From the NCBI RefSeq assembly GCF_963921235.1, contig NC_086108.1, positions 21,514,001 through 21,578,000 of the forward strand: a DNA stretch of 64,000 nucleotides. The letters run 5' to 3'. The translations under genes were made by a program, and so were the position numbers. Below are positions 50,220 to 61,058 of the stretch, one piece after another. Below the pieces are notes generated by a model that was not told where the DNA came from, searched no databases, and saw only the letters and a list, made by a program, of their open reading frames with translations. Numbering within the stretch: the stretch's first letter is position 1; each line of letters begins with the position of its first letter. This stretch comes from Mobula hypostoma (taxonomy: Eukaryota).

Positions 50220-51871
50220 CAGGTTTCCCCGTCATCCGAAGGTAGAGCATTCCCATGCAACGGTTCATAAGCCGGAATGTCGTAAAGCGAAGAAGCAATT
50301 ACCATTAATTTCTATGGGAAAAATTTGTGAGCGTTCGCAAACCCAAAAATAACCTACCAAATCATGCCAAATAACAGATAAGACCTAAAATAACAGTAAC
50401 GTATAGTAAAAGCAGGAATGATATGATAAATACACAGCCTATATAAAATAGAAATACTTTTCCACAATTATTGCCGCACCGTCCACCGTAGCGAAAATCT
50501 CACGCAAGCACACTTGGCAAAAACACTCTCTCCAGTAACCTTTAAGCTATGAAGCTGCCAAATCATACCAAATAACACGTAAAAATACAGAGCCGATATA
50601 AAGTAGAAATAATGTATGTACAGTGTAGTATCACGGGAATTGGGAAGACAACTTGCCGAGCACACTGATGATGGTGTGTTAGGCTGAGTCATCAGAGGTT
50701 GGGGTGGTGCAGTGGCCCCCACCCTCGGGCCGCCGACTGATACCAATCCGCGAAGCATTCAGGGGTACAGCAGTAGCCGGGAGGCACACAGCACATCTTT
50801 AAGAAAAAAGCCGAAATAAACATGCTAATTAAATAGGTGCTGCCCGGCACGTAATTGTCAGCCCAGATCAGAGGCGATGCTGTGTGTCTCCCGGCTACCG
50901 CTGAATTCTCCGCAATGCAATCACCTCTGATCTGGGCCAATATTTAAGTGCCGGACAGCACCTAATTATTTAGCATGTTTATTTCAGCTTTTTTCTTAAA
51001 GATGTGCTGTGTGCCTCCCAGCTACCGCTGCATTCTCGGCGAATCGGTATCTGTCTGTGGCCCGGAGGTTGGGGCGGTGAGACACTGGGGTGTCATCTCG
51101 TCGCCTGTTTCCATTAGGGCAGGCAGGTCATCTTCTTCTATGTCTGCCTGCCTCGTTGTCGAAGGTCAAGGTTGGTCGTCTGCTGTGGCTGATGTGGAAG
51201 GCTTGAAAAACAACAGTATGCTTGACTGCTGAGCCTCACGCATTTTTCTATCATACAGTTCTTTGTAAGCACTCAAACCAGCTTGCAAATATGCCCTAAA
51301 CCGACGTACCCTTTCAAAATTAAAGTCCTACTTTATCATTGCAGCGAAAATCTCACGCAGTTGCTTCACGTTCAGTTCCTGGACAACTTCACTTTCTGTC
51401 CATTCGCTACTGCATTCGGTTTCAATTGTAATCCTTTCCTCTTCCAATTGCATCAGCTCTTTATCTATCAGTTCTTGGTCATGGGATGCCAAAACCTCTT
51501 AAACATCATCTTCGTCAACTTCCACAAGCCAAACTCACTTTGTCCTTACTTTGTTCACCATGATCGAAACGTTTAATTATGTCTAGTTTTACGCGAAGTG
51601 TAACACCCTTACCAGCTCTTTCAGGCTTTTCCAATACCTTAGAACTCATCTTGCTAATGGCTGTTCACAGGCACGTGTTTAAGCAATGCCGGTGAGAATG
51701 CAGTTCCTAATCCAGGGAAGAGCGGCAGCTCGGGGCGCGCGCTTTTCTTCGCGCGCTGCCTTTTTCGTAATAGTGAAAACACATTCTGTTTGCGAAAACA
51801 GATAACTAATGTAGGTCTTTCGTAACAGTGAGGTTTCGTACAGCAAACGTTTGAAAAGCGGGGGACACCTG
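50220..51871. mobile_element. Non-autonomous Tigger-like DNA transposon with both ends
   Basis: TA-flanked TIRs caggtttccccg / cgggggacacctg; internal inverted repeat. Confidence 0.85.
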
Positions 51872-52439
51872 TATCCATCAGAATGTGTCACACACTACAG
51901 AACACCCCTGCTCAACACCCTGTCAACTTAAGCTGACTAATTAGCTACTCTGTATATCCCACTTATAAGAAATGTGTCCAAATTCAGCATTTGGAATATT
52001 GCCTTTCATTTCAATTCAGCACTCACAGTAGCAGCATATGTAATCATTTAATTTACAGTAATCAGTGATCAATCATACATCAATCATCAAACCTTTCTGA
52101 AGGATCTTGAATTCAATGCAAGCACATCCACTCTTATGTACTCAAGTATTACAATCCACCTTCTAAATTCAACGTTATTTCAAGTGACACAAATTTGATA
52201 ATGATGCAACACCAAGGCTAATTTAAAAGTCATTCGTGATCCGTCAGAAGCCATAATTTAAAGAAAGGGAAAGGGAACTTATATTTTTCTTTGAAAAGGT
52301 TGTTCAGATATGTACTCTAAAAGAATTCTGTCTATTTCACATTTATTAAAATATTTTCTTGGTTTATAAAGCCATTCAAGTTGACAGTTATCATGTTCCA
52401 AAATGGGAAAAAGGAATCCTGCTGAGACACAAGATCAGA

Positions 52440-53700
52440 GTACATAAAACATAGAACAGTAGAGCATGGGAACAGGCCCTTTGGCCTACAATGTTGTGCC
52501 AAACTAGCTAAAAAGTAAATCAAAAACCCCAAAAACTACTCCCTCCAACTGCACCACGTCCATATCTCTCCATCTTCCCTATGTGCCTATCTAAACGTCT
52601 CTCAAAAGACTGTACCACCATACCAGACATTCACCACTCTCAGAGTTAAAAAAAACGTACCCATCACAAACCTTTTGAACCCACCACTCTCACCTTCAAT
52701 GCAAGCCCTCTGGTATTAGACATTCCTGTCCTGGGAAACAGATACTCTATCTAGGTCTCTCATAATCTTATAAAGCTCTTATCTGATCTCCCCTCAGCCT
52801 CTGCCGCTCGAAAGAAAACAACCAAAGTTTGTCCAGCCTCTCACAATCGCACTCCATCAACCTGTGTAGCCACTTTCATGGAGCGATGAACTTGCCTGTA
52901 ACAGCGTACTGTCTCCTTGCATTTGCCCTACCAAAGTGTAACACATTTATCTGGGTTAAACTCCATCTGCCATTCCTCTGCCCATATCTGCAACTGATCT
53001 ATATTCCGCTGTATTCTTTGTCAATCTTTTACACTGTCCACAACTCCACCAAACTTGGTGGGATCCGCGAACCTATGAACCTACTGATCCATATGAAACA
53101 CTTCAGCATGTGTACCCTATATAAACCCTCAATTGTGCTTCACTATCCAATGAAATCAAGGTTGATTCTTGTACACAATTTACTTCTGCTACTGATTCCA
53201 ACATTCAACTTTTCAGGCATTTAGAAATCCATTGGCATCAGTCTTCTGAACACTTGATGGCTGAGATTCACTAACTTCTATGGTTAAGAAGTCCAAATAT
53301 GTACCACCATGAACAAATTTCTCCCCAGCTCCACCTGACATAGTTGCCCTCAGATCCTAAGAATCTAGCCGTTAAGAAAATTTACTCAAAGATTTTCTGA
53401 TCATTTATCTGAAACTGATCTATACATCAGGATCAGTGGACATGCACAATAGAATGGAATGGACAGAGACTCCTAAGACCATAAGAGTCTGCTCTAACAT
53501 TCAATCATAGCTGATTTATTATCCCTCTCAACTCCATTCTTCTACCTTCTCCCCATAACCTGTAATGGCCTTACAAATCAAGAACCTATCCAGCCAACTG
53601 TGGCAACGAATTCCACAGATTCACCACTCTCGAGCTAAATATATTCCTCCTCATGTCTGTTTTGAAGGGACATTCTTGGATTCTGAGACTGTGCCTCCTG
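52440..53700 (-). mobile_element. Old CR1 3' fragments
   Basis: 3' UTR pattern acatagaacagtag...ggccctt and decayed ORF2 C-terminus. Confidence 0.65.
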
Positions 53701-54019
53701 ACAACTAATGACAACTTTAGCAGAAATGATGATACTTTGAGCAAAAGGCCTAGAAAAGAAACAAAAATGTAACAGGAGTTTTAATTTTTTATGCCAACTG
53801 GAGTCATAATCTGATCCTTTTGTAACAATCTAGAAACAGTTTTTTTTTGGCTCCATTGTATCATACTGTTTACTGAACTCCTGAAGTTCTCACTCAAAGC
53901 CTACTGCACTTATCTTATCCAAATATTCCAGCATATTTAAGACTTAATTTATTATTGGACTTTTTACTTGTTTTTCACTGACATGATATAAAGCATTTTT
54001 TCCTCTAAAAAGTACATAC

Positions 54020-54119
54020 CGGTACAGTCTTCAACTTATGAAGCATCTTATATCCTTTCCTCAACTTGTCTCTGACTACTTCATGTCGATGGACCCACCC
54101 ACGAAGTTCATCAGCAAGC
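54020..54119 (-). CDS. Internal coding exon B of the host gene ([33 protein letters not shown])
   Basis: Strong acceptor cacttttctccattttgctgccacag, donor CCG|gtatgt, 100 nt, phase 2 to phase 0, no stops. Confidence 0.75.
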
Positions 54120-56154
54120 CTGTGGCAGCAAAATGGAGAAAAGTGTTTAATCAAGAACAGTTTCATCGTCACTGCAGCACTGATTTGGATATTCCTCACT
54201 TTATGTCTGGACAATCAAAGTGCTTGTGGGAATATTATTAAATGATGATGAACGCAATACAAATATAAATTTACATGACAACATATAATCAGTTGGAGAG
54301 ATTGTGACTGGTAATTTTTATTACACAAATTTTCAGTTCTCTGTGCCAAGGTACATATTGCTTACAATAATAAATCACTTTTAATACATCAATAGCATTC
54401 TTGGAGATTTATAGTTAAGTTGTGTTGACATATTCCTAGGCAGAAAAATATGCTACAGCTGAATTAATGGTCTGTATCACCCTTCACCCTGCACCCTGCC
54501 TGTGCCTAGTGTTTGCCTCTTGTGGGAACACTTGCACTGACATTGTGATCACCACACTGATATGATACTATTACAATGTCCGTGGGCAGTAACTACCCCA
54601 CAGGCTGCAGAAAGTAAGGGCCTGCCCACTGTTGGCCTACAACAACTCGCGGTGTCAGAAGCTCTTTGCCACTGCTTTTGTTGTTCAGAGACATTTAGAA
54701 ACAGTTGCAAAATAGAAATAAAAAAACAATAGAATAATATTCACTTAAAACCACATTAAACTTACGTAATTTTTAAAAAACATTCCTATGAACTAAAATA
54801 TAAAATATCAACAGTTTCATCTGACTTTTTAAATGAACACAGTGCTACTTTTTTCTTTGATCTAATTATGTTCTTTATTGCATAATGTTGCATAATTGAT
54901 ACCTCATTTATGCTTTTCTTGTAAATGTTGTATCTCTAATGCTATATGCCTAAGATGCTCTACCAGTAACTTTTTAACTGCAACTGGAATACATGTACAT
55001 TTGATAATAAAGTCCACTTGACTTAATGAAGGTTACTGAATGTATTGAAATGAATGAAGTACAGTGGGCAGAATAGTATCAAGCTGCACAGCCCAGTATA
55101 CTCCTGAGTAACCATAAGACATCATGGTGAGTTCAATGACGCAGAGGGCATCGGACACATTTCTCATCCAATCTCCAATACATACTTCAATTCTGCAGTG
55201 TGCAGGTGCTGAAGGAACTGACTGGATGGTCCTCCATGGTTGCTAAAATCTACGTTCAATGTGAATTTATATTAACTCCAATGGTCAAAACTTGATCATG
55301 ATTAATGGTCCCAAATTTTCCCCAGATGTTTCCATTTCAAAAACATGAAGTGATAGAGCAGGCACCACAGGAGTGGACTAACTATGCAAAGGAAATACTT
55401 CCTTTTGGCAAATTAGAATAAATTCCTGTTAAACTCCATAAAAAAAATGTTTACTTGTAGTAAATGTTAGTGCACAAATGGAGCCAATTATTTAGAGCTC
55501 AAACCTCCTAAACAATATGAGCGTTTCTGTCATATAAACTCCTCTTATGTTCTGAAATAATAAGCATTTTACAATGAGCTGCAAGCCATCACCTTTATCA
55601 GTTCAGTTTTGTTCATCTGAGAGCCACAATTACTCAAAATAAAGTGAGCCAAGTTCCTTCCTTCTGCTATTCTCAAAATTGACATCAACTAAGAATCCAC
55701 TAGCCCTGTCCAAACTCTCGAAGTCACTCATAATGCTGAATGAGCTATGTTGGTTCTCAGTTAAACACAGCCTCCACACAAAAATCCTCCTTTTTTTGTT
55801 TTCAGTTCCTCCATGGCCATGTATCTACATCTCCATTCCACTGAACACAAAAATATATGGGAAATACTAGCCTTCTGACCTTTCCTGAACTCAATTTCTC
55901 CATCTTTTGTGGAGTTGCCTTCAGCTACCACAAAAGCTCTGGAATTCTCTCTTTAAGCTGCTCTGGCTCACTGCCACTTTCCTTTTTGCTCTGTAAAATA
56001 AACCCATTTGATCCAATTTTGTCATCAGCCCTAAAATCTTTTAATCTGACTTGACAACAGATTCTGTTTCATAACTGAGGAATAGAAAATAATGATCTGC
56101 TGTATGGAGGGGATGGAAAGTTATTTTATTAAATAACAAAATAATAAAATTCCC

Positions 56155-56825
56155 ATCAGAAAAAGTGGGATCTCCCAGCGGCCACCCATTGTAATTCCAT
56201 TTCCCATTCCCATTCCAATACGTCCATCCATGGCCTCTTCTACTATTGTGATGAGGCTGAACTTAAGTTGGACAACATCTTATATTCTGTTTGGGTAACC
56301 TCCAACCTGATGGCATGAATATCGATTTCTCAAACTTCTGATAATGCCCCCCACCTCCCCCCTTCACCATTTCCCATCCCTTTTTCCCTCTATTACTTTA
56401 TCTCCTTGCCTGCCCACTGCCTCCCACTGGTGCTCCTCCACACTTTCTTTTCTTCCATGGCCTTCTATCTCTTCCGAACTCCGAACTCTTCAGCAACACA
56501 CACAAAATGCTGGAGAGTCCAAAGGGTTTCGGCCCAAAACACTGACTGTATTTTTTTTCCATAGATGCTGCCTGGCCTGCTGAGTTCCTCCAGCAGCTTA
56601 TGTATGTTGCTTGGATTTCCAGCTCCTATCACCTATCACCTCGTGTTTCTCTCTCCCCTCCCCTGAGCTTTTAAACCTACTCAACATTTTTCTCCAGTCC
56701 TACCGAAGGGTTTCAGCCCAAAACATTGACTGTACTCTTTTCCTTGATGCTGCCTGGCCTGCTGAGCTCCTGCAGCATTTTGTATGTGTTGTTCAGATTC
56801 TGAGCATCTGCAAATTTTCTCTTGT
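56155..56825 (+). mobile_element. Old Penelope 3' fragment with tandem pseudo-LTRs and decayed hammerheads
   Basis: GIY-YIG C-terminal remnant; degenerate motifs near 56515-56550 and 56695-56732. Confidence 0.75.
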
Positions 56826-57960
56826 TAAGTTATTTTGTTAATTTGGAGCCTGTGAGGCTATGTTGTCCATTGTTATTGTCCATTCCTTCTTATAAATAAA
56901 CAAATCTAATTACCATTTTTATTTCCTTTTCTTGTCCATGTAACAGCTGATCAATGTAATTAAAGACAAACCATCTACCACATTATAGGTTGTCTCTGTG
57001 AGTGTGTGACTTCAAACAACTTAATACGTTGAAGTCGTTATGTAAGTACAAGTTTGCTTTGTTGTCATGCTGAAAAGGAGGAAAGAAAATAAAAAATACA
57101 GAAGTCAAATATGCTAACTGTTCCAGTATTTCACCATCTGCAAATGAGTCAAGTGCTTTAATGTTTAAAGTGCCACCATTCCGTGAGCTGGAGATTCAAT
57201 ATGTTAAGCTCCCACTTAAATGTATTTTTATTCAGACAACACTTGGCAACAGTATACATTTTAATGTCCTGTGAAAGCCATTTACAAACTGGGTGGGCTA
57301 AACTGACTTCAGCTTGCATTCCTGTCCAGAGAGAACACAGTTGTCCAGAGAGTCAGACACAGTAAGCAGGCCTTAAATGTTTCAATCAGTTTTCTCAGCA
57401 CAGGGAGTAATTTTTCTTTCATTTGTCCATTTGTACAAAGGAATGGACCACTTTATGAACGGATTGCACTTCCAAGGCAAGTACAAAAGCAAACTCAGTC
57501 AGCAAACCTCCGCCTTGCTCCAGGCAACTGTAAAATTTTTACTGCTTTACTGGTCTGAAATTGGATACAATATCTACCCGTCCTTTAGCAACACTGCTTT
57601 TTTTTTCCCAAAATCTATTCCATCAGGCTCAGGTGTTTAAAGGTTTGAAAAGAATTACTCCCTACCAAATCTGGGCTCAAAATGTGAAAGCAAACGTATT
57701 TTGTCTTTTGAAATTTCGGCTCTCACCATTAGTAGCATTGCCAACAATCACCTCTCTCTTCAACACAGGCTCATACCACCACAAAAGGAAAACATTGACA
57801 CTAACCATTCTACTCAGTCTGTAAAGGGACAATTTAAAACCACACCCAGAGCAACTTCTTAAAATTCTTTGGAAGAACACTATTTTCAAAGCTTTCACTC
57901 AAAGGAAGTTCTTCGAAATATTCAGTATGCAGAACTACTGATTTAATTGATGGGTATAAT

Positions 57961-59001
57961 CAGGACCGGACTTTAGGTAGGGCTAGGATGGGCTGCAGCC
58001 CAGAGGCCAGAGCTGCAGAAGGGCCCAAAATAGGTAGCTATCATCATGGCGGACAAAAAAAATTACGAGAGTGGAGCACAGAAAAGAAAAAAGAAACAAG
58101 AAAAAGAGGACCATGAGAAAGATGCATTAAAAAAGACATTGAAATTGACAGGAATTCTTAAACCTGTTCTTGATGATGCAGCAGTACCATCACTCTTGTC
58201 ACACAGTCTGAGACTGGTGAACAAATGGAGACTTGTTTAACAGCTAGCGCTAGCACCAGCATTAGCACAGGACCACCGTCCTGCCTCTAACGTTGAAGAG
58301 GCAGAGAGCATGACTTTGGGATTCCCGACTACAAAGGCTTCTGAACAACCAAGTCGAGCTGCCATTAATGTTAACGTTACCGCTACTGAGGATCCTTACA
58401 TCACTGATCCTGCTCACTGGGGAAAAGAACGTTGGATGATTCAGTCCGAGCATACTGGGCTATGAAAGGGCCGGAGTCCCGCCAGAATAAGGATGTGGAT
58501 ATCAAAGTTTCGGAACAAGTATACAAACAGCAGACAACACACATCAAAGTTGCTGGTGAACGCAGCAGGCCAGGCAGCATCTGTAGGAAGAGGCGCAGTC
58601 GACGTTTCAGGCCGAGACCCTTCACTTCAAATGCAAGCTCGTAAACGGTGAGTACATATACTTATATTCCTCTTCCAGCAGCTGTGTGTTTTGTTTTGCA
58701 TGCCCCATCTTCAGTGATGTTAACTGTCAGTCCACGTTCAAAACTTAGCAACTGGAAACACGCCGCTGAGCGCCTAGGAGGGCATGAAAATAGCGAATAC
58801 CACAGGAAAACAATACTGACCTACATTACACTAGCGTCTGACAGCAGAAGAAAAGATACAGAACTGAAAGAACAGTTTTGAGTACGACCTTTGCTCTTGT
58901 TCTTGCCTTTTTTTGCTTGGTACAGCAGCATTTTACGGTGTCGGCAAAGGCCCATCAGGGCCTCCATCCCAGGGGCTCTGGCCCCACTAAATCCGGCCCT
59001 G
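57961..59001 (+). mobile_element. Non-autonomous hAT element (transposase N-terminal remnant) with a Penelope fragment inserted at about 58535-58623
   Basis: TIRs caggaccggacttta / taaatccggccctg; 8-bp TSD ggtat(a/g)at; MADKKNYESGAQKRKKK, CVFCFAC and NWKH...HENSEYH (TTF-type zinc finger). Confidence 0.88.
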
Positions 59002-59147
59002 GGTATGATTAACATTTACAGAAACATTCAATTCATATCCTTAAGCCAGAAAGCTAACTCCTCAAATAAAGAACCAATTAGTATTTAGAGAACTTAAATG
59101 AATAAAGAACTGTTGATGGTTTCCAGACTATAGCATTTATTACTCAC

Positions 59148-59258
59148 CGAAGTGACTCAGTCTTATTGACTTGAGGTTGACATGCTTGTTGGACAAAGAG
59201 AAGAGGCTCCTTCTTTACCACCATTAGATCCTTCTTTTCCGAAAATGAAATTCCATTT
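59148..59258 (-). CDS. Internal coding exon A of an unidentified host gene ([36 protein letters not shown])
   Basis: Minus strand: acceptor tgtttctttcag, donor CG|gtgagta, 111 nt, open phase 2 to phase 2, non-repetitive context, joins exon B in frame (CG|G = Arg). Confidence 0.7.
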
Positions 59259-60159
59259 CTGAAAGAAACATGGTTTGATTTTTTAGCTTTGCTTTCCCGA
59301 AAAAAATACTAATATCTGCAGAACTGGTCCTATTGCCCTCAATGAATGTAAATAAAAATAATCAGAGGATACAACTGAAAGCTTGGATCATTACTGTGAT
59401 ATTTCAGTTGCAAAAGCAAATACATGCACCTTCAGTGTATATTTTCTCTTTCCATTAAAACAAAATTCTACTTGGTTCAGAACCAAATAATGCTCAATGC
59501 CATTTTACAATTTCTAGCATGTTCTATGACATATTGCACCTCTTCTCATAACAGACTACATCCCGAGTGTGCTTTGTGCTCCTCCTCCCCCTGATGAACA
59601 AAACCTGGCATTCTATTATGGCAATCTTCAGATTTCGGAAGGAGACCAGAAACAACCAATTCTTATCACTGGCAGACAAATCAACTTTAAGTATGAAACC
59701 TCTTTTTAATACAAGGATCAATACGGTAAAATGTTTGCTTTAAATAATGTTGTACCAACTAAATAACTCAAATTTACCTATCTTATCAAGTCAAAGGTGG
59801 CCTCATGCTGGCAATGTCATTTACTCTCCTGACATTAGGAAAAAAAATTGCAAGTTCTGACCAATGGATATAATCCTTGACAACACAATATTCAAATACC
59901 AAGGAGCTGAAGTGTTTACCAAGAAGAAATCTATTGAAGTTGAACAAACAACAGAACAATGAGTCAAATGATACCCAATGTTCAGCAAATGAGCTACAGC
60001 AGAATTGACCATGGAAAAGTAAGAAATGAAATAAAGAAGGCAGTCAAATTTAAAATAACTGGCATGAACAAATTTTCAGTGAAAAAACTACACCTCTTTT
60101 AATTGGGATAAGAGAAGGTTGCTGGCTAATCTTGGGAACTGTGGTGCAGTTCATTGTCC

Positions 60160-61058
60160 TGTTACGTACCCCGTAACTGGGTTGCCAAACCAGCAGAAAT
60201 GGACCACTCAGTTGGAGTCTGGATTACTGGAACTAAGAAAGTTTTATTAAAGAAATAAGCAACACAGTACTCTAATAGCAAGGATATAAATGAAACAGGT
60301 TAGCAATGAATAAACAGACATGTACACATAACTAGGATAATAGGGTCAATCAGCTCTATCGCAGTCTAGGGGTAAAATGTTCAATCACAAGTGACAGAGT
60401 TCAGTTTAGTTCAGTTCGCAGTAATCGCCGTCGTGCCGTTGGAGAGGGAGAGAGAGAGAACGAATGAATATTCAAATCAGATTCCAAACAGACCTTCGAT
60501 ATTCCTCGCAGTCAGCTTTCGGGCGAGCCCTTTGTAATGTCTTCTGAGGTCACCGACTGTGACCCCTCCGTTTCAGATACGATCGTTCTTCAGCGGTGAA
60601 CCCGGCACCCAGGCAAGGGCAGACACACACCAGGTTCCCGCCGACCGTATCTTTCCACCCTGTGCATCTATGGCTGGCCCCGCGACCACACCTCCAAAAA
60701 AACTCCCACCGACTTGTGGGGGCACACCGCTTCCAGGGTCTCGTTACCTCGTGGTGTCGTGTGTCGTGTCTTAGCGAACCTGCCCCTTTTTATCCCCCTG
60801 CTGGGGTATCGCCTGTCCATCACACTTCAAACAGTTCAGGGTTCAAAAGGAGCTGGTCTTGACAATATTCAGACCAGTGTCTCCTTCCGTTAAACTCTCT
60901 CGTCTCTTCATTAACATTTCCAAATGCTGCTCCATTGTCTTCCTTATCTCTCTTTCTCCTGAAGACAGGTGGCAGATCAACTGCTGATCCCACTGGTGCC
61001 AGCACAGGGCAGTTAACATCTTAGTCTATGTGTACTTTTGTAACCCTCTTTCGTCACA
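60160..61058 (-). repeat. 3' LTR of a Gmr1-like Gypsy element
   Basis: tgtt...caca termini; minus-strand polypurine tract aaaggggagagg at about 61059-61070; minus-strand AATAAA at 60243-60248. Confidence 0.92.

Noticed and set aside
54038..54241. Plus-strand 67-aa ORF as a terminal exon
   Set aside because: It is antisense to exon B, which has much better splice signals and phase support.
59779..59829. Minus-strand exon candidate upstream of exon A (cag..AG|gtaaat)
   Set aside because: Stop codons in all three frames.
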